A stretch of 62,216 nt of DNA, filler included, from Squatina squatina (GCA_031763465.1; 3 parts of 3 records of this genome joined end to end with filler, not necessarily neighbours in it), one strand, 5' to 3'. Positions 37,286 through 51,520 are shown, counted from the whole stretch's first letter. Translations and numbers: made by a program. Notes: generated from the sequence alone by a model not told the origin.

Positions 37286-39716
37286 TAGAAATATTTTTTT
37301 CTGAACAAGTGGGACAAGCAAGAACAAAGCCAATGACTTCGAGAAATATGCAGTTGAATTTTCTTCCCATCCTCACCTTGTGTAATCTCAGTGAGGTATA
37401 AAGCATTTTTTATAGTTGTTTAATAAGTAAATAATAAGTAGTGGAACATGATAGTCCGGTAACATTACAACCTGGCAAGGCAAACATGAGCTGAGATCTT
37501 CAAACTGAAGATAGTTGCATTGCAGAACCTGCACTTTCTTTTGAAAACATCCTTTACTATATTCATTTTTTTGCAGTGAGTGCATTCAAACAAATGATCA
37601 TTATTTCTTTCATAATAGAAATGATTCATTTTATTTTTAATTTTTTTTTTATAAAATACCTTTTTTTTTTGTGGTGTAATAAAATAATTGGTTTCACCGG
37701 TTTCATTTTAGAACTATTTAGGCAATATCACGCGATAACTAGCCTGAGTAGGTGTAATCTGATACAAATAGTATTTTAACACAAAACCTAAAGGAGAATG
37801 TTGATGATGTGGCTTTCGTGCAAATATCATCATTTTGATTTATGGATGGAGAAGTGAATGAGGCGTGTGTTTGGACTAGAAACCTGGGCCAAGTAGTGGC
37901 ATTTGTACTGATGTAGCTCATTAGCTGTGAGACGCTTTTCTCTGTAGCTGCCCTGCAGTGCTTAAAGTAAGTTATGAATGCTGTACTGTTCATTTGTAGA
38001 AAGGTTTGCCTAGAGGAAAGCTGCATGCATGGGCCCCTGCTATTGAGAACATGCCAGTCAAGGATGAAGACGTCTTTTCATGAACCCCGCTTTACATCTG
38101 TCTACAACTGTACAGCATGTCAAACATTTTTTTGCATTAGACTTGCATGTAAGACCATTTCACAGTACTTTAAAATTGTATTCCAGTTAAAAGCGGCATT
38201 TTTTTTTGGAAAAGATAATCTTGCATTAATGTGATTCATTAAAATAGCATGTGGAATTAAAATAACACAAGGNNNNNNNNNNNNNNNNNNNNNNNNNNNN
38301 NNNNNNNNNNNNNNNNNNNNNNNNNNNNNNNNNNNNNNNNNNNNNNNNNNNNNNNNNNNNNNNNNNNNNNNNATTTACTTAGATGCAAATATGGTCGTCC
38401 TGGTGTGTTGCCAATATAAAGTTTTGATTTTCACCTTGATGGTGTCAATGCTTTCCATTGATAATGTAAATTTTGTTAAGGTCTTACTTTAAACATTTAC
38501 TTTAGAGCTTCCCTTTAGGGGTCTGTGCCACCAACCCATTTTGTTCCACTCGTGAAGGACAGGGTGCCATTTCAGACACCCACTTTGTTTATGTCTCTCC
38601 CCTTCTTCCCCCACCCCAGCTTTTTCAGCTAAGTAACGAGGCATCTACCTTCCTCTACTGACCATCCTGGGGTCCGTCTCCATGCCCATACACTGTTCTG
38701 CTAGCTTATGGTTCGCTGTTCTGTCCAAACCTATTGTTTACCAGCAGCTTCACAATAAATCTGCTACCATTTCTGGGGGATCTCATCAAAAAGAAAAATG
38801 AGGTAAAAAACAATCTGTGGTGAGCACTTCTATTTGGAAAACGAATGGACATCAGGTCCATGATCTTTTCTGAGTCTACATTTTGTTTTGCCGCTTAATC
38901 CAAAGGCCCATTATAGTGCTTAAGAGAATTGTATTGCAGATAATCAAAGGATGCTTTATTTAGAGACACATATTTGACTCGTTTGTAACAGCATATTTAG
39001 CAGATCTATTCTTTTGTACAGAGACCCTATTGTCTTGATGGAACAGTATTGAAACTTAAGAAATTTAAGAATTGTTAAAACTCTCACAATCTGGCCAGAT
39101 GCATTGAAGGTTGTGCTTATTTGATGATGACCAAAACAAAAAAGATCTGAAGAACTATGATAACAAATGATGTCTCCAAGCTTGTGTACATAAAATAAAA
39201 CTTCTCCCCTCTTTTTCTCTCCTGCGAACCCCTCCGCCCCCACCCCTCTCCAGCTTCTAACCTTCCTGTACTTTTCTACTCTCCCCATAGCTTTTAGCTT
39301 CTGTCCACCTTCCCCCTTTGGCCTCCAATATCACAGTTATCATTTGGCCCTGGTCCAATTGCCTGAAGACAACACTTAGTCTTGACTCCCCATGTGCAAC
39401 ATCAAGGGAGATTCATGAGTACTGCATGTTTTTTTTATTTCCACAGAGTAGTTGTGTTTATTCAGCTCTGCTTCATTCACTCAGATGGATGCGTCTCTTA
39501 AGGCAAAGGCAAGGCATCAGAAGGCGAGGAATTCACTAGTGAGAAGCTGTCTTCAGCCAGCAAATAATGTTCTGAACAGTGGAAAGACCATTAATTTGTC
39601 ATCAGATCCTCCATACNNNNNNNNNNNNNNNNNNNNNNNNNNNNNNNNNNNNNNNNNNNNNNNNNNNNNNNNNNNNNNNNNNNNNNNNNNNNNNNNNNNN
39701 NNNNNNNNNNNNNNNN

Positions 39717-40160
39717 CATGGCCCCCTGGTCTAGCAGACAGCGTGCCCTGGTGCAACAGGCTGCATGTCCCAGCAACAGCCTGCCTGGTGAAGCACAGCC
39801 TCCTCATGCGCTGCACCTCAGAGATATCCAAGGAACTGACTGTTGCTCTACAGATCCCGTGGGCTGCGTTACGCGTCTACGAGCAGTCCACTTCAACTGC
39901 TTTCTTCTAACAAGCCCACCTGCTGCTTGGCCTGTTTGTTGAGGGTGTTGCTGCCCCTGCTGCTCCTCCTCCAAGCGTTGCTGCATCCAAAGGCAAGAAG
40001 CAAAAGCAGTGCCCATGATAAGCAAGAGTGATAAGTAAAGGGGGAATACAATCAGAAATCAGCAAACTGGAAGCTCAGAACTTGGAAATGCGTTACTCAC
40101 AATAGCACACAGGTTCTAATGATCTGAGTGCCAGTTGGTGAGTGTCCCTTTAAATTAAGC
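39717..40160 (-). mobile_element. Harbinger transposase N-terminal fragment
   Basis: LDISEVQRMRRLCFTRQAVAGTCSLLHQGTLSARPGGH aligns with [38 protein letters not shown] at about 2480-2600. Confidence 0.72.
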
Positions 40161-40716
40161 CATTGCTTCAAAGAATTCTCCTTTCAATGTGCTTCCCCCA
40201 TACCATACACATTAACTTGTCCAGAGAATGGGCAAGATCTTTAACTGATCTTTAAGGGGGTGACTGGAAATATTGAAGAGAAGCTAGTTCAATTTCTTTG
40301 TCTCTTCCTGTGGCAAAGGGCAAAGTTCCAACCCAGTGCATCCCAAGAGATATAGCTGACATTAGTAAATTGCTGCTACTGGAATTGTGGGCACAAACCC
40401 ATGTCCTCCCCCTTTGGTGCCATATTTTGTAGAAGCAGCAACACATTTAGCCTTTACATCTGTTAAAATATGCACATATTTTGCATCTCATTTCATTTGG
40501 AAAGGTGATTGTCTTTTCGAGAAATTCTACTTGGATAAAATCTAGATTCAGAGAACAGTCCTCAATAAAAAAAAGATTAGGTAATCTGCGTTTATGATGC
40601 TCTACAAACTATTAAATTGTTATTTCTGGAAACAAACATTTTTAACCATCTCAGGACTGTTACATTTTTAAGTTTTACTTCTGTTACACTGAACTTGGTT
40701 TGTTTTCTTCTCTTAG

Positions 40717-40961
40717 TTTACAAGCCTTGCGAAAGGAGAAATCGCGAGATGCTGCTCGATCCCGTCGAGGAAAGGAAAACTTTGAGTTCTACGAATTGGC
40801 AAAACTACTGCCACTCCCAGCAGCCATCACAAGCCAGTTAGATAAGGCATCAATAATTCGCCTCACCATTAGTTATCTGAAAATGAGGGACTTTGCGAAC
40901 CTAGGTGACCCACCCTGGAATTTGAGGATGGAGGGACCCCCACCGAATACATCTGTGAAAG
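40717..40961 (+). CDS. NPAS3: Neuronal PAS domain protein 3, bHLH exon
   Basis: 245 bp between TCTTAG and GTAAG. Translates [81 protein letters not shown]. Confidence 0.96.
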
Positions 40962-43336
40962 GTAAGAAAATGAGTTCAGATTAGAATAGTTGCACTGATT
41001 TACTATTACTGTGCTTTGACTGGAAATAAGGTAATCCTTACCTGAATGTCTGTAAGCAATTTGNNNNNNNNNNNNNNNNNNNNNNNNNNNNNNNNNNNNN
41101 NNNNNNNNNNNNNNNNNNNNNNNNNNNNNNNNNNNNNNNNNNNNNNNNNNNNNNNNNNNNNNNATCCCAGTCCCCTTCACCATGCTCCCAAATCCAAGGG
41201 CTACCCGTTTTTCAGTTTTCTTGGTTATATTACTTGACATAACCTCCTTGTTCTTATATATCCTCCAGCTCACTGTGTGCAATGCCACGTGACATCTGTT
41301 AGTAACATGAAAATATTTTAAGTCTTTGGTATGCAGATGTGTAACCAAGGATGATGACTGGGCCAGCAAGGAGCAGGAGTGCTCTCTGATGCCATTGCTA
41401 TTAATGTACTTGCCAGCTTCAATGCAAAGATCATCGAATGAAACATGTAAAGTGCCATTTTAACAAATACATTTACATTTTTTCTCTGTGGGGGGATTAA
41501 GGAGAGAGAATGGCGATTGTGTGTGGTCACACATTGACCAAAAACCATTTTGTTGAATGTGACAACTTAGGAGAGCAAAAGATATTTCAGAAAGTATTCA
41601 TTCAACTTCAGACTATTTACTGAATTGTAGCTTGAAACCTAAATCTTGAAGGATTTTTTGGTGTCATGAATGAGGAAACAAGATAGTGAACATTGTCCTC
41701 AAAAATGTTCTTCAGTGGATCTTTCTAATTGCCAGCTAATTGAACCAACTTGATCCAACATCTGAAGAAGCATCTTGGCTAATTGCCTCTATTTAAAAAA
41801 GCTGTTAACATTATTATTTGAATTAATGCAATGTAAAATGACAGCAGCTGCTAACCAACTGTTCATTTAGCTAGGGCCTTCCTGATTATGCGGTTCATCG
41901 GGACAGTTAAATCGGTTTCTGTTAGAAAATTCTCTTTTTGAAGCCTTAGCATTGGTTACGCTGAAAGTGAAATTCCTCTTTTCCTGAATAATATGAACAA
42001 AACCTGTTTAATTTCAATATTCCTAAATTACTAACAAAAAAATGGAAATCCATGCTACCATTTTGACTTTAACAAGCTGTGGAAATGTTAATGTGAGCCC
42101 TNNNNNNNNNNNNNNNNNNNNNNNNNNNNNNNNNNNNNNNNNNNNNNNNNNNNNNNNNNNNNNNNNNNNNNNNNNNNNNNNNNNNNNNNNNNNNNNNNNN
42201 NAATTAAATTTCTGTATTCCATCAAAACTGGACAGAATATGTGTGTCTTTCGCATGACTGCTTCTTTAAGCTCTTGGAAAGTGACCAAACAAATATTTGG
42301 TGAGTTGAAAATTTGATACAAAGGAATTGCTGCTTTATTTCACTGAAAGGTGAACACAGGATGACAGTCGATTGGACTCAGTTAATTCAAACAGTACAAC
42401 ATAGCTTTGCGTATTGATACATGCCATGCTCCTCCACATCAGAGGGTCATCTTACTTGACTTAAAACAAGATGTTGTTTAACTGTTAGTCCATTATATTT
42501 GACTTTCTGAGTTTGCTAAAGCTTTCACAGCTCTCTATTTAAATACCTGACTAGCTGTGCAACATGCTGTTTCAAAATGCCTTTCTGCTGGCATATGTCC
42601 GAGCTTCTATTCACAGATGGACAACAATCAAAGGACATTGCAAAACAATGGTGCCAATTTAAAACGCTTCCACCAAGTATAAAAAGGGGAGGGAGCAGCC
42701 TGAAAATGCAGTTGGGTCACCTACTTGCTCCATTTACGCTGGCGCTCCAGCCACCGCAATTTTGGTTGGAGTCCTGAGAGGGGTGGCTGGAGATCCCTCT
42801 CTTTTAGGCAGTAGGACATATAATATGCAAATTATAATCCTATGAGATACATAGGAGCCTGATTGCAATTTTGAGGTACAAATGGGCAGAGCATGTCTGC
42901 TGATGCTCCACCCTTTTCAATTTTGCAGCAGCATAACCGATAGTCCATAAACAGGTCGCTGGAGGCTTTTCAAAAAATGGCCGAATGTATTTTTAACTTT
43001 TATTTTTGTGCAGCTCTCCTCAAGTATGCAGATGAGGCTTGAGGACCAATTTCTGTTGGTCCTGGGGCTTCTTGCTTCGGGTGTGCCTCCTAAGCGCAGT
43101 ATCTGGCCTGAAAACAGGACTGCACTAATTTCAACCCCAATGTGTTCTGTAAAGGGTCAGGAAAGAAATGGTGACTCGCAGGTTTCTGTTGACCACCACA
43201 GATCTGGATTTTAACTTGTGATGTTTTACCGAATTTATATAGGCCAGGTGTTGTATAATTGTAACAAAAATTGTTGAGCAAGACTGAACCTATTCCCAGG
43301 TTTTTTTTTGTACATTTTGTGATGTTATGACATTCT

Positions 43337-43768
43337 GGGGGAGAAATTGGGCTCCTTTGCATTTCCCGTTGGTGTCTCCAGGGGGCGATAACCGGGTATA
43401 AATGGATTTACGACCGGGCGCAGCGAGATCAGCAGCTCCTGCGAAATTCGGCAGGAGTTTTGCGGTGGCGGTACGGTGTTGCACCCCGATCTCCTTCAGC
43501 TGGAGATCGTGACGTCATCGCCGTGTGCATTGCCCTGGTAGCGCCCCAGACCCGGACTTGTGTTCTGCCTCCTGCAACATCGCCGGGCAAAAACAACGAC
43601 AGGAGGCATCCATCAGGTGGCCGGGCGCTTTGGGGACAATGCTTAAAGGCGAGGTGGCCAAGGCAAGTAAAAAAAAAAAAATTCAAATCTCTCTTTCCAA
43701 TTTTTTACCTTGTTTGCTGCCCGCAGTCGATCAGCCTGGCACTCTGCTGCAGTGCATCGGGCTGATCG
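43337..43768. mobile_element. Harbinger-like CpG-rich element end
   Basis: Starts GGGGGAGAAATTGG. Internally related to 55541-56086 (GCGAAATT..GCAGGAGTT, GAT..TGACGTCATCG, TAGCGCCCC). Confidence 0.55.
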
Positions 43769-43868
43769 NNNNNNNNNNNNNNNNNNNNNNNNNNNNNNNN
43801 NNNNNNNNNNNNNNNNNNNNNNNNNNNNNNNNNNNNNNNNNNNNNNNNNNNNNNNNNNNNNNNNNNNN

Positions 43869-44120
43869 CTGCCTGTCGCATCTGTCTATGATAGCATTGG
43901 TAGCAGTGACCACCTTATGGAGGCGAAGTCCCGTCTTCACATTGAGGACACCTCCAACAAGTTGTGTGGCACTACCACCGTGCTAAATGGATAAATTCAG
44001 AACAGACCTAGCAGCTCAAATCTGGCATCCATGAGGTGCTGTGAGAATTGTATTCCACCTCAATCTGCAACCTCATGGTCCAGTATATCCCTCATTCTAC
44101 CATGACCATCAAGCCGGGGA
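43869..44120 (+). mobile_element. LINE endonuclease C-terminal fragment
   Basis: LPVASVYDSIGSSDH, the APE terminal motif. Confidence 0.65.
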
Positions 44121-45907
44121 CCAGATTACATTTACTTTGCCACCCAAGTCGTTTAGCAGCATGTAGTTTAGCATCAACGAGGGTTCAGGTTTTCGGAGTA
44201 TATTTAAAATCATCAGCAGAGTGAATAACAGATATTTCCAATGAACGGAACTTAGAAGACAAATCACCTTGGACCTTTTTTGCATATCATCTCAAGCAAT
44301 GATCTATTCATTCAACAACTTCAACTTCCCCTCAACACTTTCTCATTAACCCCCTTCTCCGCCACCACCCCCCCCAAAAAAAAAAGACTGGCATTGCTCC
44401 TCTTAGGAATTCTCTTTCTTATTTTTAACCAGTTTCTTATCCATGCCCATGTTCTACTATGCATTCCTGTGACTCTTATGCTTAATTCAAAGTCCCTAAC
44501 AAGTGATTTAAAGATACTTTTTTAAGGCACAATCTTCTCCTTCTATGTCAATGTTGGGTGATTTTCTTGGGTTATTACTGTATAAGAACTTGTCCAATCT
44601 GCCACTTAGCATAGACTTTATTATTTTATTGGCAGTTTTAGCACTCCTTTTAAAATAGTACATTTGACTGTTTACATTCCAAACCTCACCAGTGCTTAGT
44701 GAGTCTTTGATGATGATAGCTTATGCCCCACAAATGTCATTTCTAGAATTCAGCACCATAGAGTATACCATCTGTCTCAGGTTGCTTCTTAGTCTTAATT
44801 TTCCTTAGCTTATCAATTACCTCTGCCATGATGATTTCTAAATTGGCTGGAACACTGGGTGCATATTCTCAACTATGCCCATCTATTCAGGTCAATTGCA
44901 AACCTGTCTTGCTGCCCCAACTTCAGAGTGGCATTCTTGAATTTAAAATACTACTGGGATTATTGCAACTTTCAAGGCTATTTTTGAAGTTACACAAATT
45001 GGATACCTCAGTTCAGTGATCCATTCTTAAATTTGAACAAAAAAATATAGCTGCCACAAGGCAAACTATCACCATTGTTAAAAAATATAACAGCTTTTAG
45101 TGTTTAACTTATCCATATTTTAATCAGTTGTTTCCCACTGATTTTACGGAGTCCAATTTTATATGTATTCTGGAGGTATTTTCTAATTTACATAGATTAC
45201 CTGCATAACCTTTTGTTTTCTGTCAGTGACGTAGTATTGAAGGTTTCATTTTTTTCCAGTAAAGTATTTGTATGCCTTGGTTTGAATGCTACTTCAGTGT
45301 AATAGGGATGTTGAGGCTTGAAAAATTATGTGTAGCTCAATAATGTACTGTGGTGATGAGATCTTCTTTTGGGATCCACAGAATGACTTGGGTCACTAGA
45401 CATGCTTTTGTCTGCCAACCTTTTCAGTCCACTGCCTGCATAATCACGACTAGTACAAAGGCAAGTAAGAAATCATTCAGATCAGTGCTCAGATGGCTGA
45501 ATGAAAAACATCTTGTTTGAAGTCCTTTCTGAAAGCACAGCATGAAGCTCAAATAAAGTGAAGGACATTCACCATCACAAGTAATGTCCTTAATAATCTT
45601 GTTAGGCTAGTCTTTCTCTATATGAGACAAATGGAACATTATTGGCTTATAGGCTGTAGTAAATAATTTAGTTTCCAATATGCAGGCTGAGCTGACACTA
45701 AATTAAAATGACATGAAAAAGGCTGGTTCAATAAAGTAACTAACCAATCAAATTTAATTGGCACAGGTGAGGTTGTAGAAAATGTGGTTTACAATTAGAC
45801 CATGTTATNNNNNNNNNNNNNNNNNNNNNNNNNNNNNNNNNNNNNNNNNNNNNNNNNNNNNNNNNNNNNNNNNNNNNNNNNNNNNNNNNNNNNNNNNNNN
45901 NNNNNNN

Positions 45908-46580
45908 NCCTATGTCTTCTGCCTCCAGTCACCGGTTACCTTTTTGGTGCCTAATAGGCCCGGAACTTTCTTTGGTTTCCTCTTGCTCTTTCTATATTTA
46001 TAAAACATCTTTGGGTTTTCCTTGATTTTACTTGCCAATATTTTTTGATGTCCTCTCGTTGCTTTCCTAATTTCCATTTTAATTTCAATCCTGTCTTTCT
46101 ATACTCCTAGGCGTTCTGCACTACTGAGCTCTCAGTATCTGACTTTTTCTTTCCCTTATCCTACTCTTGACATCCAGGGGGTTCTGGATTTGGAAGTCAC
46201 ACCCTTTTTCTTTGTGGAAACATATTTGCTCTGAACTGTCACAATCTCCTCCTTGAATGCCTCCCACCACTCTGATATTGATTTACCTTCAAATAGTTGC
46301 TTCCTGTCCACTATTGCTAAATCACATCTCAGCTTTGAAAAATTGGCCTTTCCCCAATTGAGGACTTACTCCTGGTCTATCTTTGTCATTTTCCGTAACT
46401 ATGCTAAATCTAACTGAATTAAGATCATTACCACCAAAATGCTTCATTCCTTAAAACTAAGTACAGAACTGCCCTTTCTCTTGTTGAGCTTGTTACGGAC
46501 TGACTAAAAAAGTTCTCCTGAATGCATTTTAAGAAGTCCGCACCCTCTATAACTTTTACACTGATTCTATCCCAGTTAAT
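45908..46580 (-). mobile_element. CR1 ORF2 fragment, decayed
   Basis: Colinear with the other minus-strand CR1 linker fragments (LGGNDLNSVRFSIV, PWMSR). Confidence 0.75.
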
Positions 46581-47081
46581 ATTCGGCTCAGGCACTTAAC
46601 AACCAGAGACAGACTAAAGCTCCATCTACTCTGTTCCAAATAGTGAGGAGAAATTGGTCCCTGTTGCAGCAGTTCTTTGAGTAAAAAAATTAGTTGGGGG
46701 ACCAATTTCTCGACACGATCTCTCACACTTGATCTCCCCCAGAAGTGTGCTGGCTGCCAAATTGATGGCCGGCAAAATCCAAGTATACAAGGAATCTGTC
46801 TAAAACAGGCGGTGGCCCCTGCAGTGTAATAATCAGACTCCTGATGCCTACTTTTGGATCCCACTTCCAAATCCAACATAAAATGATTAGAATGTGATCA
46901 CTTGTCCCACTTTGTTTTTCTGGGTTTATAGCAGCCTACCTAGCAATCCTTACAGGGAGCACCAGAGGCTGCCAACAAAAANNNNNNNNNNNNNNNNNNN
47001 NNNNNNNNNNNNNNNNNNNNNNNNNNNNNNNNNNNNNNNNNNNNNNNNNNNNNNNNNNNNNNNNNNNNNNNNNNNNNNNNN

Positions 47082-47272
47082 AGCAGACCCACAGGTCTGT
47101 AACTTAACAACTCCTCTGAAAGATGGTGTATCTAACAGTGCTGCACTGCCACAGTATTGCCGCGAAGTATCAACCTATTCAGCATAGATTATGTATTTAA
47201 GTTCTGGAGTGGAGCTTGAACCTCCAACCTTTTGACTTAAAGGCAGATGTGTTTCCAACTGAGCCAAGCTGA
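47082..47272 (-). mobile_element. DeuSINE 5' fragment
   Basis: Reverse complement of the tRNA-like head (GGTTCAAGCTCCACTCCAGA) and the following body. Confidence 0.65.
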
Positions 47273-48665
47273 CATTTATCTAGTCAACTCACTCAATATT
47301 TTCCAATTTCACTTCGTATTGCTGCAGTAAATAAATAAAGTTGAGAGCTTCTGCAGCCTCACTGCAGTGCCTGTATCTGGAAACTGTGCTCCACTTGAAA
47401 ATGGCAAATTGATCAGCCATTTCCTAACCTGGACTTTAAGACTGACAGAAATAGTGATTCAGAGAGTTGGCAATACAGTTGGACACAAATAGAGAAATAC
47501 AGCAAGCACAGAAGAGTTCACGAGAGTGATGCAGAGAGAGAGAGAGTGTTGAAGATAAAAAGACAGGTCGAAAACATACAGGAATTAATGTGCGACAAAA
47601 TTGGCAAAATGGTTACAGGAATAGAAAAACAATTTTTATGTTATCTGTAAGGAGCACTGTAATGCATCAATTTTATTATACAAGAATATGTTGTCTATTA
47701 CATGATACCAGCTCTTCCTGTTATAAAGCAACATAACCTCAGATTCACTGAGCAGAACTGTAAGACGTGTAGTTATTGAAAGTATGCTACATACAGATGC
47801 TCAATATGCTGCAGTTACTCTAACTTAAGGCACACTGTTGTTCTTTTACTAGAATACGTTTGCCTTTAATAATGCTAAGCGACAGAACATCTGGTAGAAA
47901 CAAAGAGGTGAACGCCCTCACTCACTGCAAGAAATACATTAGTGTTGAGCCCAATGTGTGAATGGGGGAAACAGAATTTGGAGGTCCTGTTATGACACTG
48001 GTTAGTTGCATTACGGTAACATATCCTGGACTTGCAAAAGTGATCCTAAACAGAACTTCAACCAGTTGCTGTACCTTCAATGTAAGAGGATATTATTACA
48101 TTGATACAGAAATCTCCAAAAATAAAGTCCCATTCACACTTTGCTCATATGTTTGGTTACAGAACCGCCAGGACCCAGACGAGAGGCAGAAGAGCTGCAG
48201 CCCATCGTTCAGCAGCACCACTTGTTGTCATGCTTCAGCCACACAAGTAACAGCACAGAGACATGCATAGTGATAGTGTGGAACAGGAGACATTATAGGG
48301 TGAGGTGCAGGTCATTGCTGATGAAGAGGCATGCTGCACAGATATTTTGCATGTCCATGGGCCTGGTGGAGTTGATTCCTGATTCTGATTGCTGGATTCT
48401 TCTTTCAAAAGGCTTCTGCACAAGCATGAATGTGTGCATGAGTCATTTGTTTTTTTGGATGACAGGCTATAAGTATCTCAGGGGTGTGCGCATCTGACTT
48501 CTTTCCATTATATTGGAGCAGGGCTCTGCAATGCACTGCCATGGCACTGTCTGTGCCATCTTCACTGCACTGGCCAGTATGTTGACTTGCATGTGGAACT
48601 CAGTAGCAGAACATCCCAGGAACATTAGCATTGCTGCTGTCGTGGCCTTACAGACCATTATTCCG

Positions 48666-48930
48666 GCAGCATCTGTGGAGAGAGAAACAGAGTTAAAGTT
48701 TCAGGTCGATGATCTTCCTCAGAATTGGAAAACGTTAGAGATGTAACAGATTTTAAGCAGGGGCAGGGAAAGGGGGAAGGGGAGGAAAGAACAAAAGAGA
48801 ATGTCTGTGATAGGGTGCAAGGCAGGAGTGACTAAATGACAAAAGGTGTGATAGTACAAATCAAAAGGAGATGATAATGGGACAAGTAAAGAAACAAAAG
48901 ATGAGTCTAGAAGACCTGAAATTGAACTTG
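48666..48930 (-). mobile_element. Penelope-like element 3' region with hammerhead core
   Basis: Minus strand CTGAGGAAGATCATCGACCTGAAAC at 48698-48722, followed by TTTAACTCTGTTTCTCTCTCCACAGATGCTGC. Upstream ...TTCAATTTCAGG resembles the end of a PLE ORF (..FNNFR). Confidence 0.65.
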
Positions 48931-49139
48931 CCATGTAAATTCTACTACAGCAATTCATTTAACTTTTTCCACCCAGTGTACAATAAAATCATATTTGAAA
49001 GCTAATGGGGATGCCACACTTACACCATGCAGTCTATAACCGTACAAGTTTAAACATGTAACAGCCGATGAATGGATAAAAAACAACTGTCCAAGGCTAA
49101 AAATTAATGGGAAAAGCAGAGTTACTTCAAATGTGACTC

Positions 49140-49548
49140 CAGGATGGTATGTTGCCTCCTTGGTGCCAGGGTCAAGAATGTCACTGAGCGGCTGCAGGAC
49201 ATTCTTAGGGGGGGGAGGAGAACTGCCAGAGGGTGTGGTCCACATCGGTACCAATGACTTAGGTAGAAAGAGGGATGAGATCCTGCAAGCAGGTTTTAGA
49301 CAGCTAGGAAAAAGCAGGACCTCAAAGGTGGAAACCTCAGGATTACTCCCAGTGTCACATGCGAGTGAATATAGAAATAGGAGGACAGAGCCAATGAACG
49401 CGTGGCTTGAGGGATGGTGCAGGAGGGAGGGCTTTAGATTTCTGAGGCATTGGGACCGTTTCTGGGGAAGGTGTGACTTGTACAAGGTGGATGGGTTACA
49501 CCTCAGCAGGACCGGGACCAATATCCTCGCAAGGAGATTTGCAAGTGC
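49140..49548 (+). mobile_element. CR1 ORF1 SGNH esterase domain
   Basis: VVHIGTNDLG...SGLLPV...MNAWLEGWCRREGFRFLRHWDRFWGRCDLYKVDGLHLSRTGT, with the GxND and DGLHL blocks. Confidence 0.88.
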
Positions 49549-51431
49549 NNNNNNNNNNNNNNNNNNNNNNNNNNNNNNNNNNNNNNNNNNNNNNNNNNNN
49601 NNNNNNNNNNNNNNNNNNNNNNNNNNNNNNNNNNNNNNNNNNNNNNNNCATATACTGTTTGCGATGATTTGAGGGGAAGGAAAGTTTTGTGGGAATAGCC
49701 TTTGTTCATAGTATTTGCTTTAACTTGAAAGCTATAAATATACACAAATCTCATTTGATCCTTTTGAAAATATCGATTTTCTGAGCTGTTTGATAATCTG
49801 CCAGGTCAGAGCTCCCTCCGCGCTGGACCGATCTGGCAAGCACCAGCCTTGTTCAACTCAAAACAACCCCATTCCAATCACCCGGAGGCTTGGTCTTGGG
49901 CCAGCTCGGGAGCTGGTTCAGAGTTATCTGGCCAAAAAAAAAAATCGGCTGCAACACTTCTTTCAAAGGGTAATCTATGAACCAACTAATGCTGGCTGAA
50001 CCTAATGGACTCGAGGATTGTGCAGTCTGCCCCACTTCAGTGTAAGGAATCACTTTTTAATGGGCACCACCTTTATGCTGGGTGAGCACATCTTTGACTG
50101 ATGCAACGGCCATCCACCCTTTATTAGAGAATAAAAAGCAGCACATAAGAAATGATTCAAACTGATTTTAATCAGAGCTCTTTTTATCTCATTTCAGCAG
50201 TTAAAATTGTTGCTGCTGATTAATGTGCATCTTAAAAGGAACTACTCAAGTAATATACCACACAGATAAACTATGACATTAATTCAAGATACAAAGTATT
50301 CTAAATTGGGCAATTCAGCTTAACTTGCAAATATAAGAACGAGTTTGTCTGCTTAGAACCCCTTAAGATCATGAATCTTTTTCAGTGAATACTGCCTTTT
50401 TTAATGTTGTTCACATTTGTGGAATTTTTTTTAGCAACAATGCACCAAACATTTGTGCACTGTATATTGCCTCGATTTCAACTGTTAGCTCTTGGAAAAG
50501 AGTGATTTGCTGTTTAAAATTATGTATATATTTTATTTTATTAATCTACCTCTTTCTCCATACCTTCCAAAAGATGTGCATCTATGTGTCTGTGGTACCC
50601 AGTGGCTACATACCTACCCATTTAAATTTGACAGACACTCTAACCATTATCTATCTGTATCACCTGATATTTCTCTCTGTCTAGGGAGCCATCTCCATGA
50701 TATCTGGGTCCCTTGCATGGTATTTTTTGGGGAGGAAGGGAGCAACTTTAAAGGTGAAGCCACAACTGACTTCTATTCACTCTGCAGATACAAACATTGA
50801 AATGATTTCTATTGACAAAAAGTTTTTTTTTCATATCGACAAGAAGTTGACAAATTATTATTGTAATTTATATACATGTCTCTTTGAGCTGTAGGGTCTG
50901 AACTTGTGACCTTGAAAGTTCCATATTTTCCCCAGTTTATTTCCACAACAAATGGTAATTGCAAAGCATTCCAGTAGGTATTACAGTTTAATAGCACTAT
51001 TTATGAGTTTACTGAAATTGTAAAAATATGGACATAAGTCACCCTGTACTAATAGTTGGTTAAAGAAGACAATTCAAAAATTTACATATCAGGACAAAAA
51101 ACTGGCAAAAACAGACAACTAATCTTTTCTGACTGTTTTGACATTGAATATATAAAATAATTTGTTGATAGATTTGAAAGGGATCACTGCTTTTTGCATC
51201 CCATGTTATAGAAGCAGTTAGACTGACAACAAATATTTTAATAATTTGCTGCTATGTCTGAGTTAAAAGTCTTTGAGATACAGGTAATTAAACTGTCTGT
51301 TAGCTGAAATCCTTCAGAGGCTCAGTTTCTTCTCTGGCAGCTGGTGATACATTATAGAGATGTTGAGCTAATCGATTAAAGCCACAGAGACAGGAGGTCT
51401 GTTTGACAGCGCTGTACTAAGATGAAATTAG

Positions 51432-51520
51432 TCAGAGCTGAGCAGTGAGATGAGGAGCAGTGAGAGGAGGAGCAGTGAGCAGTGAGAGGAGCAGCAGGGG
51501 GAAGAGGAGCAGTGAGAAAC
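51432..51520. repeat. Purine-rich degenerate tandem repeat (GAGGAGCAGTGA)
   Basis: GAGCAGTGA occurs about five times. Confidence 0.75.

Noticed and set aside
49133-49672. SGNH hydrolase ORF as a host or horizontally acquired gene
   Set aside because: It matches the esterase domain of CR1 ORF1, is frameshifted at its start and is truncated by a gap.
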